A DNA stretch of 45,432 nt from the IMG/VR virus record IMGVR_UViG_3300022745_000054, positions 1 to 45,432 of that record. One strand, given 5' to 3'. This DNA is from a virus. Its lineage: Duplodnaviria > Caudoviricetes. The first letter of the stretch is position 1. Every line of letters begins with the position of its first letter. A program made the translations under genes and the position numbers. The notes beneath the pieces were generated by a model. The model was given only the letters and a program-made list of their open reading frames with translations. It searched no databases and had not been told where the DNA came from. Below, in pieces: positions 27,702-36,031 of the stretch.

Positions 27702-29651
27702 GTGCCCATCGCAACCCCGAACCTGATACTGGAGGACACCCGGCTATCGGGGTCACCCACGAACATCGTGTTTGGGGACTCTGGCGTCTTCGTGCCGCCC
27801 AGTGTCACCGTTGACATTTCCCTGGCGCTCGACTCGGGCGTAACGGTCGCAGCCTTCATTGGCCCACCGATAAATGTAGACATTTCCCTCGCCCTGGATT
27901 CAGGCGTAACGGTTGCTGCCGAGGTGCGCACACCCGTGGTGGTGGACATGCAGTTCAGCCTGGGCGGCGTCACAGTGGCCGCTGCTGCGTTCTACGACAA
28001 CCGGGTGACCCCATACAAGGACTGTCGCGTGGCATCTCCGCTGGGAAGCGGCACAGCCAGCGAAGCTGACATGGGAACTGATTGGGTCACGGCCAATCGC
28101 TTTGACCTGTACGGTGGTCTTCCGTGGGAGCCATCGGTGCGCAAAGAACAGTACCCGGCGACCGCCCATGAGATTGCCAACAGCACGCGCATGGACAGCA
28201 TGCAGCCCTGGACGCCTGCTGACGGCCAAAGCAATAGCCGCACCGCAGTGCATCAACCCGGCGTCTTCTTCCAAGAGCAGCGCATGCAGGCGTGGGAACT
28301 GGCAGACTTCAGGAAATCGGAGTGGGATACCTCAACGCAAAAAGGTATCTTCAAGCAGATTTTCCAGAAGTCGAGCCACGACACGGCGCGGCCAACTGTG
28401 CTCAACATGGGCGGCAAGGTCGGTGCCAGTGTCCACTTCGCGGGCCTCACGTTCTTCACCGGACCCTGGCAAGTCGCAGGCTGGCCGCTCCCAGGCACAC
28501 ACAGCTACCCCAGCACCCCGCAAGACCCGAAGTGGTGGTGGGATGCAAACCTGCTGTTCGAGTTCCCGCAAGACGGTTCACCGAACCTTGTGTTTGGCGA
28601 CCATTACGTGGCTCCGGGCACACCCGGCCAGTCAATCATTGTTCCTGTTCGGAGCGTTTATATCGTGCTCAATTCCGCATCACTGCGCCGCGTGGACGGC
28701 AACATTTACCTGCCGACCTTCGGCATGTCGCTCAGCCTGGACGCGTCAAGCTGGACATGGGGCTTCACCGCCACGCTACCAGCCAACGCACTGGTCAACC
28801 TTGAGCCTGCGTCAAACGGTGCGCCGGTCGAGGTAGAGGCCCTGATCAACGGCGTGCCGTACCGCGCTCTGGTGGAGGGTCTGAGCCGCGACCGATCGTT
28901 CGGCAAAGACAGCCTGAAGATCACCGGGCGCGGCAAGACGGCGCTGCTGGATGCCCCGTACTCCGTGGTTGGCAACTTCCGAAATACCACCGCGCGCACC
29001 GCTCAGCAACTGGCGAATGATGCGCTTACCGTCAACGGCGTGTCGATGGGGTGGGGCGTCAACTGGGGCCTGACCGACTGGTCTGTACCGGCTAATGTAT
29101 TCAATCACCAGGGCACGTATATCTCTGCGCTCAACGCGATTGCTGGCGCTGCCGGTGGCTATGTGCAGCCGCATGCCACGGCGCAGTCCGTGTCGATCTT
29201 GCCCCGCTACCCAGTCGCGCCTTGGGACTGGGGCACGACCAGCGCCGACTATGTGTTGCCGGTCGATGTGACGACGCAAGAGGGTATTACCTGGGCCACC
29301 AAGCCTGAGTACAACCGCGTGTTCGTGTCGGGCCAGCAGCAAGGCATCCTGGGCCAAGTGACGCGCACAGGCACCGCTGGTGACGTTGTGGCACCCATGA
29401 TCACCGACCCGCTCATCACGCACGCCGACGCGGCACGCCAGCGCGGAACTGCAATCCTGGCTGACACCGGGCGCATCGCAAACGTCAAGCTGCGCCTGCC
29501 GGTGCTGGCTGAAACCGGCATCATCGTCCCTGGCAAGACCGTGCAGTACAACGATGGCGCTGTGACACGCAAGGGCGTGGTGCGCTCTGTCGGCGTGGAC
29601 GTTGGCCTACCTGAAATCTTCCAATCAATCGAGGTTGAAACACATGTCTAA
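27702..29651 (+). CDS. tail protein (hub-like C-terminal half)
   Basis: 649 aa; SLDASSWTWGF.A, ITGRGKTALLDAPY, WGLTDW.VPA, PRYP.APW.W, DPLITH; internal duplication of VDISLALDSGVTVAA. Confidence 0.75.
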   Translation: MPIATPNLILEDTRLSGSPTNIVFGDSGVFVPPSVTVDISLALDSGVTVAAFIGPPINVDISLALDSGVTVAAEVRTPVVVDMQFSLGGVTVAAAAFYDNRVTPYKDCRVASPLGSGTASEADMGTDWVTANRFDLYGGLPWEPSVRKEQYPATAHEIANSTRMDSMQPWTPADGQSNSRTAVHQPGVFFQEQRMQAWELADFRKSEWDTSTQKGIFKQIFQKSSHDTARPTVLNMGGKVGASVHFAGLTFFTGPWQVAGWPLPGTHSYPSTPQDPKWWWDANLLFEFPQDGSPNLVFGDHYVAPGTPGQSIIVPVRSVYIVLNSASLRRVDGNIYLPTFGMSLSLDASSWTWGFTATLPANALVNLEPASNGAPVEVEALINGVPYRALVEGLSRDRSFGKDSLKITGRGKTALLDAPYSVVGNFRNTTARTAQQLANDALTVNGVSMGWGVNWGLTDWSVPANVFNHQGTYISALNAIAGAAGGYVQPHATAQSVSILPRYPVAPWDWGTTSADYVLPVDVTTQEGITWATKPEYNRVFVSGQQQGILGQVTRTGTAGDVVAPMITDPLITHADAARQRGTAILADTGRIANVKLRLPVLAETGIIVPGKTVQYNDGAVTRKGVVRSVGVDVGLPEIFQSIEVETHV

Positions 29652-29865
29652 CCTGTACACGCTATTCAAAGACTTACTGCCGAAGTACCCGCTGATGGTG
29701 GGCACTGTCGCGTCGATTGATAACGGTGTTGCGACCATAACGATTGACGGTGGTGGTGCCATGCAGGCCAGGGGTGATACAACTGTTGGCGCGCGTGTGT
29801 TCTTTCGTGATGGTGTGATCGAAGGCCCTGCGCCTACGCTAACACTGGTTGCTATCGAAATATGA
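29644..29865 (+). CDS. small tail-associated protein, last late gene
   Basis: MSNLY.LF..LLP..PL.VG.V...ARG...VG.RVF.RDGVIEG.AP; ATG 29644 overlaps the previous gene end. Confidence 0.7.
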   Translation: MSNLYTLFKDLLPKYPLMVGTVASIDNGVATITIDGGGAMQARGDTTVGARVFFRDGVIEGPAPTLTLVAIEI

Positions 29866-30346
29866 AACCCTTGTGATACTTCTGCTTTGCAGCGATGTAC
29901 GCTGCGTGAGCATCTTCCGCAGTTTTGAAGTTTCCAAGCTGTAGCAGCTTTCCGTCAACACGTATCTGAGAATAGAACTTACCTGTCTTTTTATGGAAGT
30001 ACGCACCCTTCAGTCCGAGCGCGTTATTACTGGTAAGAACTGATTGGTTCTGCATGTTGGTCGTCTGATCAACGTCACGCAGGTTTTCGATTCGGTTGTC
30101 CAACTTGTCGCCGTTGATGTGATCAATCTGACCTTTAGGCCACGCACCTTTGTCATACAGCCATGCAAGTCTGTGTGCCATGTAATTGGTGCCCAAAATC
30201 TGGATAGTCATGTACCCATAGGCTGTTACACTGCCAATAGTTCGGCGTAGATCAGAGCGATGTGTATAAAACTTTCCTGTATCGTAGTCAAAATGGAGAA
30301 TTGATCTGAGCTGCTTTGCGGTAAGGTTTTCAGATTGCTCGTTCAT
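29852..30346 (-). CDS. free-standing HNH endonuclease with C-terminal AP2 DNA-binding domain
   Basis: YMAHRLAWLY..G.WP..QIDHINGDKLDNRIENLR (HNH) and G.KGAYF.K.TGKF..QIR..GK...LG.F.TAEDAH.AY (AP2); AT-rich. Confidence 0.92.
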   Translation of the reverse strand: MNEQSENLTAKQLRSILHFDYDTGKFYTHRSDLRRTIGSVTAYGYMTIQILGTNYMAHRLAWLYDKGAWPKGQIDHINGDKLDNRIENLRDVDQTTNMQNQSVLTSNNALGLKGAYFHKKTGKFYSQIRVDGKLLQLGNFKTAEDAHAAYIAAKQKYHKGFIFR

Positions 30347-30387
30347 GGTCGTGCGGTTAATTGTTACGGTGTCCGAAGTTTATATCC

Positions 30388-30400
30388 TAAGTTATTGATT
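30388..30400 (-). promoter_or_regulatory. IHF consensus site
   Basis: AATCAATAACTTA on the - strand is a perfect WATCAANNNNTTR match, in the AT-rich spacer before the HNH gene. Confidence 0.35.
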
Positions 30401-30412
30401 TGTATAGCCAGT

Positions 30413-30955
30413 TTATGCTTCGAGCGGATTGACACAGCCAATGCAGTTGTTGTGCTGGTAGCCAAGCTCGTACATCACGGGCAGTTTGATGCCAGCGTCC
30501 TTTACGATTGCAAGGCAGTTCGCATGGCTCAGCTTACGGTCCATGAGCGGGGATTCAGCGTCGATATTGTTGGCGTCCAGAAACTTGTCCCAGCGTTCCA
30601 ATTCTTCAGCGCAGTAACCGAATATGTGCTTGTCGGTAGGTTGCTGGAAGTCTTCGCGCACCTTCTTCTTCAGCAACATCGTGCAGGGAGCACCATCGAC
30701 GCCGCTGATATATCGACGACGCTGCATCACGCCCCAAACGCTACCGCCATATTCTTCTGCAACCATATTGGTGATCGGCATTCCGAACCACTTTTCACAG
30801 TCAGCCGCAAAACGGTCATTGTCAGGATGTTCCTCTTTAACAATGCAGCGGGCAATAATCAGTTCAGCGCCTGTGTTCGCATACTGGGCGATTGCCAGTT
30901 TGGTTGCAACAGCACTGGCAGCACCACAGGAGAACCAGCAAATAATGCGATTCAT
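30413..30955 (-). pseudogene. PAPS-reductase-like (PP-loop) phage protein, probably 3'-truncated
   Basis: WFSCGAASAVA PP-loop, EEHPDN.RF, APCT..LKK, FGY, ends GYQHNNCIGCV-NPLEA*. From memory, homologs continue KGG.GYWN for about 70 aa more. Confidence 0.6.
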
Positions 30956-31191
30956 AGCGCCGCCAGTTTCTCTGCCGCAGCGTGCAGTCGTGCATTGAAC
31001 CAGCGGCGAATCGTGTACTGGCGTACCAGCGACACGACTGTGTACAGCACGCCAATAAACAAGTTCTGACTTGCGGTGATATGGAAACCCACCAGTGGCA
31101 GTATCAGAAAGTTCGCAGCGAAGTTAATGACGAAGCCAACAACTATGTTCAGTATTGCTTCGTACAAGCTGGATAGGCGGGATTGGTTCAT
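30952..31191 (-). CDS. small membrane protein, conserved phage family
   Basis: QSRL.SL.EA..N..VGF...two TM segments...S.VR.Y..RRWFN; ATGA overlaps on both sides. Confidence 0.75.
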   Translation of the reverse strand: MNQSRLSSLYEAILNIVVGFVINFAANFLILPLVGFHITASQNLFIGVLYTVVSLVRQYTIRRWFNARLHAAAEKLAAL

Positions 31192-31463
31192 ACGAAGTCA
31201 GAAATATCACTTGGAGGTGTGATCAGCGCCTTCAATTTCTCACGCATTTTGGTAGCACGCTTCTCAGCCTTTTTGCGCTCGACTTCGGCGTTGTGATCAC
31301 GAATATCTTGCGGAATGGTCCAGGGCTGCGACTCACAACCAGGGCTAATCATTGATCGGCCAGTGCGACTGTCTGCGGTATGACGGCGAATTGCAGGTTT
31401 CATATTGCTACTCAGTTTGAATATGTCGGGGTATGCAACTTTCATTTCGCAAATCCAATCCAT
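31188..31463 (-). CDS. hypothetical protein
   Basis: Fills the operon gap with an overlapping stop/start; start codon uncertain. Confidence 0.55.
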   Translation of the reverse strand: MDWICEMKVAYPDIFKLSSNMKPAIRRHTADSRTGRSMISPGCESQPWTIPQDIRDHNAEVERKKAEKRATKMREKLKALITPPSDISDFV

Positions 31464-31945
31464 TTGACAGGGCGGTCGTCACCTTCTTTGTATGTGAACG
31501 AATACTGCACCAGCATTACCACGTTGCACATAATGTGGCCGGTGTGCGGCAGGCCAGATTCTTTGTCGTTAATTTCGCCAGTAGCGATTGCGCGAATATG
31601 TCGTGCGCAACTAGCAATAACCGCACTCCACGGCATGCCCTTTGCCCAATTCCACGACGAGTATTTGCGTAGGCCGTACTCAAACACCTGGGCGCAGTCT
31701 TCCCACTGGCAATCGAGTTCATGCAGCAGCTTGAACAGATCAAACTGCGTACCACCCTCTTGGAATGCTCCGAGGTTGTACATTGCGTCACAGATGTTTG
31801 CCGGGTAGCGGGCGTTCGCCATTTCCATTGCGACAATGCGTATCGGTATCAGGCTCAGATCGGGTTTGCCGCCGTTGTAACGTGCGGCGCTGCCCTTGGC
31901 GTCGCTGGTAATGTCACCGATGCCTGCGGGTTGAACTTCACTCAT
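31442..31945 (-). CDS. dATP/dGTP diphosphohydrolase-like protein (DUF5664-type)
   Basis: RYNGGKPDLSLIP...VFEYG..KYS.WNW.KGM.WS....S..RH......GE..D.ESGLPH..H..CN; AAGGT RBS. Confidence 0.8.
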   Translation of the reverse strand: MSEVQPAGIGDITSDAKGSAARYNGGKPDLSLIPIRIVAMEMANARYPANICDAMYNLGAFQEGGTQFDLFKLLHELDCQWEDCAQVFEYGLRKYSSWNWAKGMPWSAVIASCARHIRAIATGEINDKESGLPHTGHIMCNVVMLVQYSFTYKEGDDRPVKWIGFAK

Positions 31946-31957
31946 GCTTTACCTTTC

Positions 31958-32023
31958 TGCTAAATTGCTAAAGAGGTGCTCAGTTTAGCAGATGCAAAAT
32001 AGGTTTAGCAAGAAAATTTAGCA
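31958..32023 (-). promoter_or_regulatory. leftward sigma70-like promoter with five TGCTAAA/TTTAGCA boxes
   Basis: On the - strand TTGCTA-18 nt-TAAACT with TG extension (32011-31982); heptamer copies at 31958, 31966, 31984, 32004 and 32017. Confidence 0.6.
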
Positions 32024-34308
32024 GTCGGGCGCAACTTCATTGCACCCTTGAGCGAGTCCTGAACGCGGGCCTTGGTCTTGATGCGCGGTATGGCACTGGT
32101 CTGTTCAATCGTGTCCTGGGCAACGATGCGGTAGCGGTACACGGCACGATCAAAGCCCGCCTGTATCTGGCGCACCGGGCCGACGCGCTCCACCACCTGT
32201 TCGTCATACTCAAGGTTATAGCCAGTGCTGAAGTCCACACAAATACGGCAGTTCTGTTGCAGGTTGAGGCCATGACCGGCGCTGGCCGGATGCACCACCA
32301 GCATAGGTATGCGGCCTTGCTGGAACTCGACTTCAGCATTGGGCGCGTCAAGCGTCCTGGCCTTGGGAAATGCCTTCAAGATGCGCTCTTTGTCGGGCAC
32401 GAAGTTGTACACCACCAGCAGGGATTCGCCGTTTGTCTCAGCGGAAATCGACTTCAGCGCTTCGATCTTTTCGTCATGGATGGGTGACCACACACCCTTC
32501 TCAGTGAATGCGAAGCCGTTGCCAATTTGCAGGCACTTGTTCAGCGACCCGGTGCTGTCCCAGGCTTCTACGAACGTGCCAGCTTCGATCTCGCTGAACA
32601 GTTGGTCTTCCATTTCCGTGTAGATGCGGCGGGCCTTGGCTGGCAGCTCAATGGGCACATGCGTTTCGATGATCTCGCGCAGATCGAACCAGTCCTTTGG
32701 GTCAATCGTGATCGTGTGGGGGCGAACGCGGTCTTCGATCTGCTTCTGTGCGAACGGCAGCGCCTCAAGCGTCAAGCCGCCGCGATTGTCGGGGCGCGAA
32801 CGGAACCAGCGCTGCTTGAAGTCATCGAACGAATGGCCCAGCGCACTAGGGTCGATAAACCAGTTTTGGCCCCACTGATCGACAAGCCCATTGGGCGCGG
32901 GGCTGCCTGTGAGGTTCAGCCAACGTCGCACCTTTGTGAACGCGACTTTCGCCAGGGCCTTCGCACGCACCGAACCCTGGCCGCGCACAAACTCATTGCC
33001 CCGGCTGCTGGTCATCAACGTGATGCGCAACCCCTTCAGTCTGGTGCAGTTGTGAACAAGTGCGCCGCCTGCAAAGTATTCGTGAGCGTCTTCAACCTCA
33101 ATGTCCCACACAGTTGTTCGACCTGTGCATTCGACACTCGAAACACTTTCCACCCCAATGCGTTCAAGACAAATTCCTTTTTCTCGTCGCGCATCTTCGC
33201 CTTGTCCGACTTGTGAGTTGAACCGTCTATCTCCAGACACTCCATAGTCTCCAGCCATGCAAAGTCCGGCTTGTAGCATGTCGGTATGTCGTTCATTCCC
33301 ATGCCGCGTGTCGCCACTGGGAAGTTCCAAATCCAACCGGGCACAAGATATTCTGCCGCAAGTGCTTCCGAAGCACTCATGCCCCGCCCATTCCCGCCTC
33401 GCTTGCCTTCCGGTATCAAGTCGCGCCCCTTCAGCAAGTTGCTCAGCTTGACCTTTGTTTCCTCGCGCATTGGCACACCCGTATTCCAAGCACCGTTCAC
33501 CTTCTGCCATTCGTTCAGCTTCTTCGCGTAATTGCGAAGTACATCCTTTGGCGCTGAGCCAGTCCACGCCCGAGTTGAGCAACTGCGGCTGCAATACCTC
33601 CCCAACCCATTCACCACCGCAATGCTGCGTGCCATCACAAACATTGTTTTGCAATGCATGCACTGGCGCAAATACATGATCGGCTTGTCCAAGCTCACAG
33701 GCTTCTTTCCAACCACCTTCAACCCGAAAGCGATGGCTTGGTGTGCAGACAATACGTGCTCCGTTGAGCAGTCGAACTTCAACAAGCGAGAGTGTGGTTT
33801 TTTCATATTTGCGTACTACTTTTTTCGGTCCGACCGATGTGAGAACAAGGTCACCGGGTTGCAGTGATTCAATGGGCACAGCGCCTGTTGGTGTTGCCAC
33901 TGGCGTGCCTGCGACAAAACATTCGTCAGCAACAACCATGTCCCACGGCCACAGGTCACCAACGGTTTCGATCAACCATTCGAGGTTGTCGTAGTTGATA
34001 GTGATAATGTCTGCACCGCTCTTGAGTGCTTCAATGCGTTGTGCTGGTGTACCAATTGCGGCGGCAATTGTTAGGTGACCAAATGACTCACGCCACTTGT
34101 TCACCTCTTGAAACCATGTGCCAAGTGCCACGCGTTTAGGTGCAAGCACAAGGCATCGCTTTGCTTCACCAAATAGGCGTAGTGCGTCGTATATAGCAAT
34201 TGACTCAGCACTCTTGCCCATGCCCATGCCAGCCCAGACATTGCACCTTTCGTGCTCCATTACGAAGTCCCCGATTAACTTCTGGTACGGGCGTGGGGAG
34301 AAAATCAT
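32005..34308 (-). CDS. SNF2-type (SF2) helicase precursor containing an intein; 476 aa after splicing
   Basis: PRPYQ, Walker A AGMGMGKS, LAPKRV, VVADE-[intein]-CTRLK, LTGSPAPN, HPASAGHGLNLQ, ERVGPVRQ. Confidence 0.93.
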   Translation of the reverse strand: MIFSPRPYQKLIGDFVMEHERCNVWAGMGMGKSAESIAIYDALRLFGEAKRCLVLAPKRVALGTWFQEVNKWRESFGHLTIAAAIGTPAQRIEALKSGADIITINYDNLEWLIETVGDLWPWDMVVADECFVAGTPVATPTGAVPIESLQPGDLVLTSVGPKKVVRKYEKTTLSLVEVRLLNGARIVCTPSHRFRVEGGWKEACELGQADHVFAPVHALQNNVCDGTQHCGGEWVGEVLQPQLLNSGVDWLSAKGCTSQLREEAERMAEGERCLEYGCANARGNKGQAEQLAEGARLDTGRQARREWAGHECFGSTCGRISCARLDLELPSGDTRHGNERHTDMLQAGLCMAGDYGVSGDRRFNSQVGQGEDARREKGICLERIGVESVSSVECTGRTTVWDIEVEDAHEYFAGGALVHNCTRLKGLRITLMTSSRGNEFVRGQGSVRAKALAKVAFTKVRRWLNLTGSPAPNGLVDQWGQNWFIDPSALGHSFDDFKQRWFRSRPDNRGGLTLEALPFAQKQIEDRVRPHTITIDPKDWFDLREIIETHVPIELPAKARRIYTEMEDQLFSEIEAGTFVEAWDSTGSLNKCLQIGNGFAFTEKGVWSPIHDEKIEALKSISAETNGESLLVVYNFVPDKERILKAFPKARTLDAPNAEVEFQQGRIPMLVVHPASAGHGLNLQQNCRICVDFSTGYNLEYDEQVVERVGPVRQIQAGFDRAVYRYRIVAQDTIEQTSAIPRIKTKARVQDSLKGAMKLRPTAKFSC
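33036..33677 (-). CDS. Vsr/DUF559-like (EDxHD-type) endonuclease overprinted on the intein in the +1 frame
   Basis: CMHC...YCSRSC Zn module, NUMOD3-like WNTGVPMREETKVKLS..LKGR, core SASE...YKPDFAW...LEIDGSTH...RDEKKE..L...GWKVFRVSN. ORF is open from 33806; ATG 33677 (213 aa) is the preferred start. Confidence 0.85.
   Translation of the reverse strand: MYLRQCMHCKTMFVMARSIAVVNGLGRYCSRSCSTRAWTGSAPKDVLRNYAKKLNEWQKVNGAWNTGVPMREETKVKLSNLLKGRDLIPEGKRGGNGRGMSASEALAAEYLVPGWIWNFPVATRGMGMNDIPTCYKPDFAWLETMECLEIDGSTHKSDKAKMRDEKKEFVLNALGWKVFRVSNAQVEQLCGTLRLKTLTNTLQAAHLFTTAPD
33049..33921 (-). mobile_element. class 1 intein (291 aa) in helicase motif II (Walker B)
   Basis: Block A CFVAGTPV...PIESL..GDLV, block B CTPSHRF, WKEACEL, block F VWDIEVEDAHEYFA, block G LVHN followed by Cys+1; residues 130-420 of the precursor. 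Confidence 0.95.
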
Positions 34309-34835
34309 TTGCCGGTACTGCCCAAACCACCCGCACCACGGGCCGTATCAGAAAGCTCGTCAGCCTGCACCAGCTCGAAGCGGGCCACTGGCAAGATCAT
34401 GGCCTGGGCGATGCGGTCGCCGTGCGCAACGATGAAGTCGGTGGCGCTGTCGTTGTGAAGCTTCACCTGCACCTCACCGCGATAGTCGCTGTCGATCACG
34501 CCGACGCTGTTGGACAGACGCACGCCGTTCTTGAAGCCGTGGCCGCTGCGCGAGAACACCAGCATGACGTGATCAGCAGGCACCTCGAAGGCAAGGCCGG
34601 TGGGCACAGCGCGGGCGCGGCCAGCGGGCACACCCAATGTGTCGGTGGCGTGCAGATCGAAGCAGGCGGCACCTTCAGTGGCGTACACCGGCAGCAGCGC
34701 GGATTCGCTCAGCAGCTTGACGCGCAGTTGCGGAACGGGGTCTGCCAGCAAGTCGTCAAACGGGATATTCGACGTAGGAATAGGCGCTGCGGTTTCCACA
34801 GGTGCAGGGGTCTTTGTTTCAGGTTTAGTAGCCAT
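34305..34835 (-). CDS. dut: trimeric dUTPase
   Basis: All five motifs: ACFDL, SRSGHG, GVIDSDYRGEV, GDRIAQ, RGAGGLGSTG. Confidence 0.95.
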   Translation of the reverse strand: MATKPETKTPAPVETAAPIPTSNIPFDDLLADPVPQLRVKLLSESALLPVYATEGAACFDLHATDTLGVPAGRARAVPTGLAFEVPADHVMLVFSRSGHGFKNGVRLSNSVGVIDSDYRGEVQVKLHNDSATDFIVAHGDRIAQAMILPVARFELVQADELSDTARGAGGLGSTGK

Positions 34836-35103
34836 GTGTTTTCTCCGGGTTAAAGATCAAAAGGAACGAGAACGAGATGCGCTTCCAAAGGGTCGCGCGT
34901 TGGATTGGTTCGACTGGCGAACCGCTTGTCGGCAGGGGGCACCAAGCAACAAACGAGTCGCCCAGTGCCCCATACCAAGAACCGATAGTTGCGATGCCGC
35001 CAACGGTGCGCAGGAGCACTTTTGCGCCGCCGTGGGGGCATACCTCATACCTCCAGTAAATTTCGCCTGGAGGGGCCGATATGTGCGTGCGGTGGGCATT
35101 CAT
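34825..35103 (-). CDS. hypothetical protein
   Basis: P.GAKVLL.T.GGIA.IG.W....FVAW.PLP pattern; overlaps neighbours on both sides. Confidence 0.7.
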   Translation of the reverse strand: MNAHRTHISAPPGEIYWRYEVCPHGGAKVLLRTVGGIATIGSWYGALGDSFVAWCPLPTSGSPVEPIQRATLWKRISFSFLLIFNPEKTHGY

Positions 35104-35492
35104 TTGAAAAGGTCTTTCTTCACGTAATCCACCACGTCAACGCGGAAGCCCAGCGCGCGCAGGCGTGCGTGCTCACGCTCTTGAGCGGGCGTCGGCTTGG
35201 CACCGGGGCGCTTGGCTTCGGTGAAGCGCACATAGCGCGCGACAAGCTCTTTGTGCCAGGGGTCAGTGATGGGGCGCAAGTCCAGGCGGTCAGGCACCGC
35301 AGTGCGGCCAGGGCTGGTGAACTTGTAGCTGGTGCCGCCTTCGGCCTTCACACTGGCAACATGCGCGTCTTCAACCTTCGACTCGCGGATAGGCTTTGGT
35401 TTTGGCGGCTTGGCTTTGCGGGCTGCGATGCGCGCGTCCAGGGCGCGTTCAAACTCGCTCTGGTCGGTGAGTACGTTGTGCGGGGTAATCAT
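35100..35492 (-). CDS. VRR-NUC domain nuclease
   Basis: RESKVE...GG.SYKFTSPGR..VPDRL...FTEAKRPG.KPT.AQ.REH..LRALGF.V.VVD. Confidence 0.9.
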   Translation of the reverse strand: MITPHNVLTDQSEFERALDARIAARKAKPPKPKPIRESKVEDAHVASVKAEGGTSYKFTSPGRTAVPDRLDLRPITDPWHKELVARYVRFTEAKRPGAKPTPAQEREHARLRALGFRVDVVDYVKKDLFK

Positions 35493-36031
35493 TGCGTCAC
35501 CATCGCTTTCTGCGCGGCGCGAATCTTCATCAAGTGCTTGGCCTGGAATATCGCGTCATCGAGGGCGTTATGCAGGCCGGTACGCACGTCCTGTTCAACG
35601 GACAGGTTGCGCTCACGGATGGTGCGGTAGTCGCGCTCCAGAAAATACTTCCACGGCGTCTTCAGGCCAGCGCGAGCCATCGCACGATCAATCTTCTGGC
35701 AATCGAATGTCGGTGAGCAGCCCCACACACGCACTTCGTCAACGCGCACGCGCGACTCAATGAACGACTTGAACGCTGCCAGGGCAACACGAATATCCTC
35801 GCCGTTGAAGCGAATAGCGTTACGCGCAGCGTCGTCCTGTCCGAGCCACCACATTACCGTGCCAGGGTCCATAACGCCGCCATCTCTCACCGCCGTGGCG
35901 AGGTTTATATTGCGATAGAACGTGTCACCGAGCGTGCCAGCGTCTTCATCAAAAAATACTGCGCCAATAGATACAAGCGCACCGTCCGGTCCAATGCCGA
36001 GGGTTTCGCTGTCAAGCATGAGGTCTTTCAT
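35489..36031 (-). CDS. DEDDh 3'-5' exo(ribo)nuclease (Rv2179c/DUF5051-like)
   Basis: LMLDSETLG, SIGAV.F, TVMWW..Q, VWG...FD, RDYRT, HNALDDA..QA. Confidence 0.88.
   Translation of the reverse strand: MKDLMLDSETLGIGPDGALVSIGAVFFDEDAGTLGDTFYRNINLATAVRDGGVMDPGTVMWWLGQDDAARNAIRFNGEDIRVALAAFKSFIESRVRVDEVRVWGCSPTFDCQKIDRAMARAGLKTPWKYFLERDYRTIRERNLSVEQDVRTGLHNALDDAIFQAKHLMKIRAAQKAMVTQ

Noticed and set aside
27809-27920. Duplicated VDISLALDSGVTVAA coding repeat in the tail protein
   Set aside because: Ordinary short intragenic duplication with diverged synonymous sites.
29852-30430. Group I intron carrying the HNH gene inside the PAPS-reductase-like gene
   Set aside because: Only 66 nt of non-coding sequence, no room for a catalytic core and no 3' exon downstream.
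31442-31945. Z-genome (2-aminoadenine) pathway
   Set aside because: No PurZ/adenylosuccinate-synthetase-like gene in the window; the hydrolase alone is insufficient.
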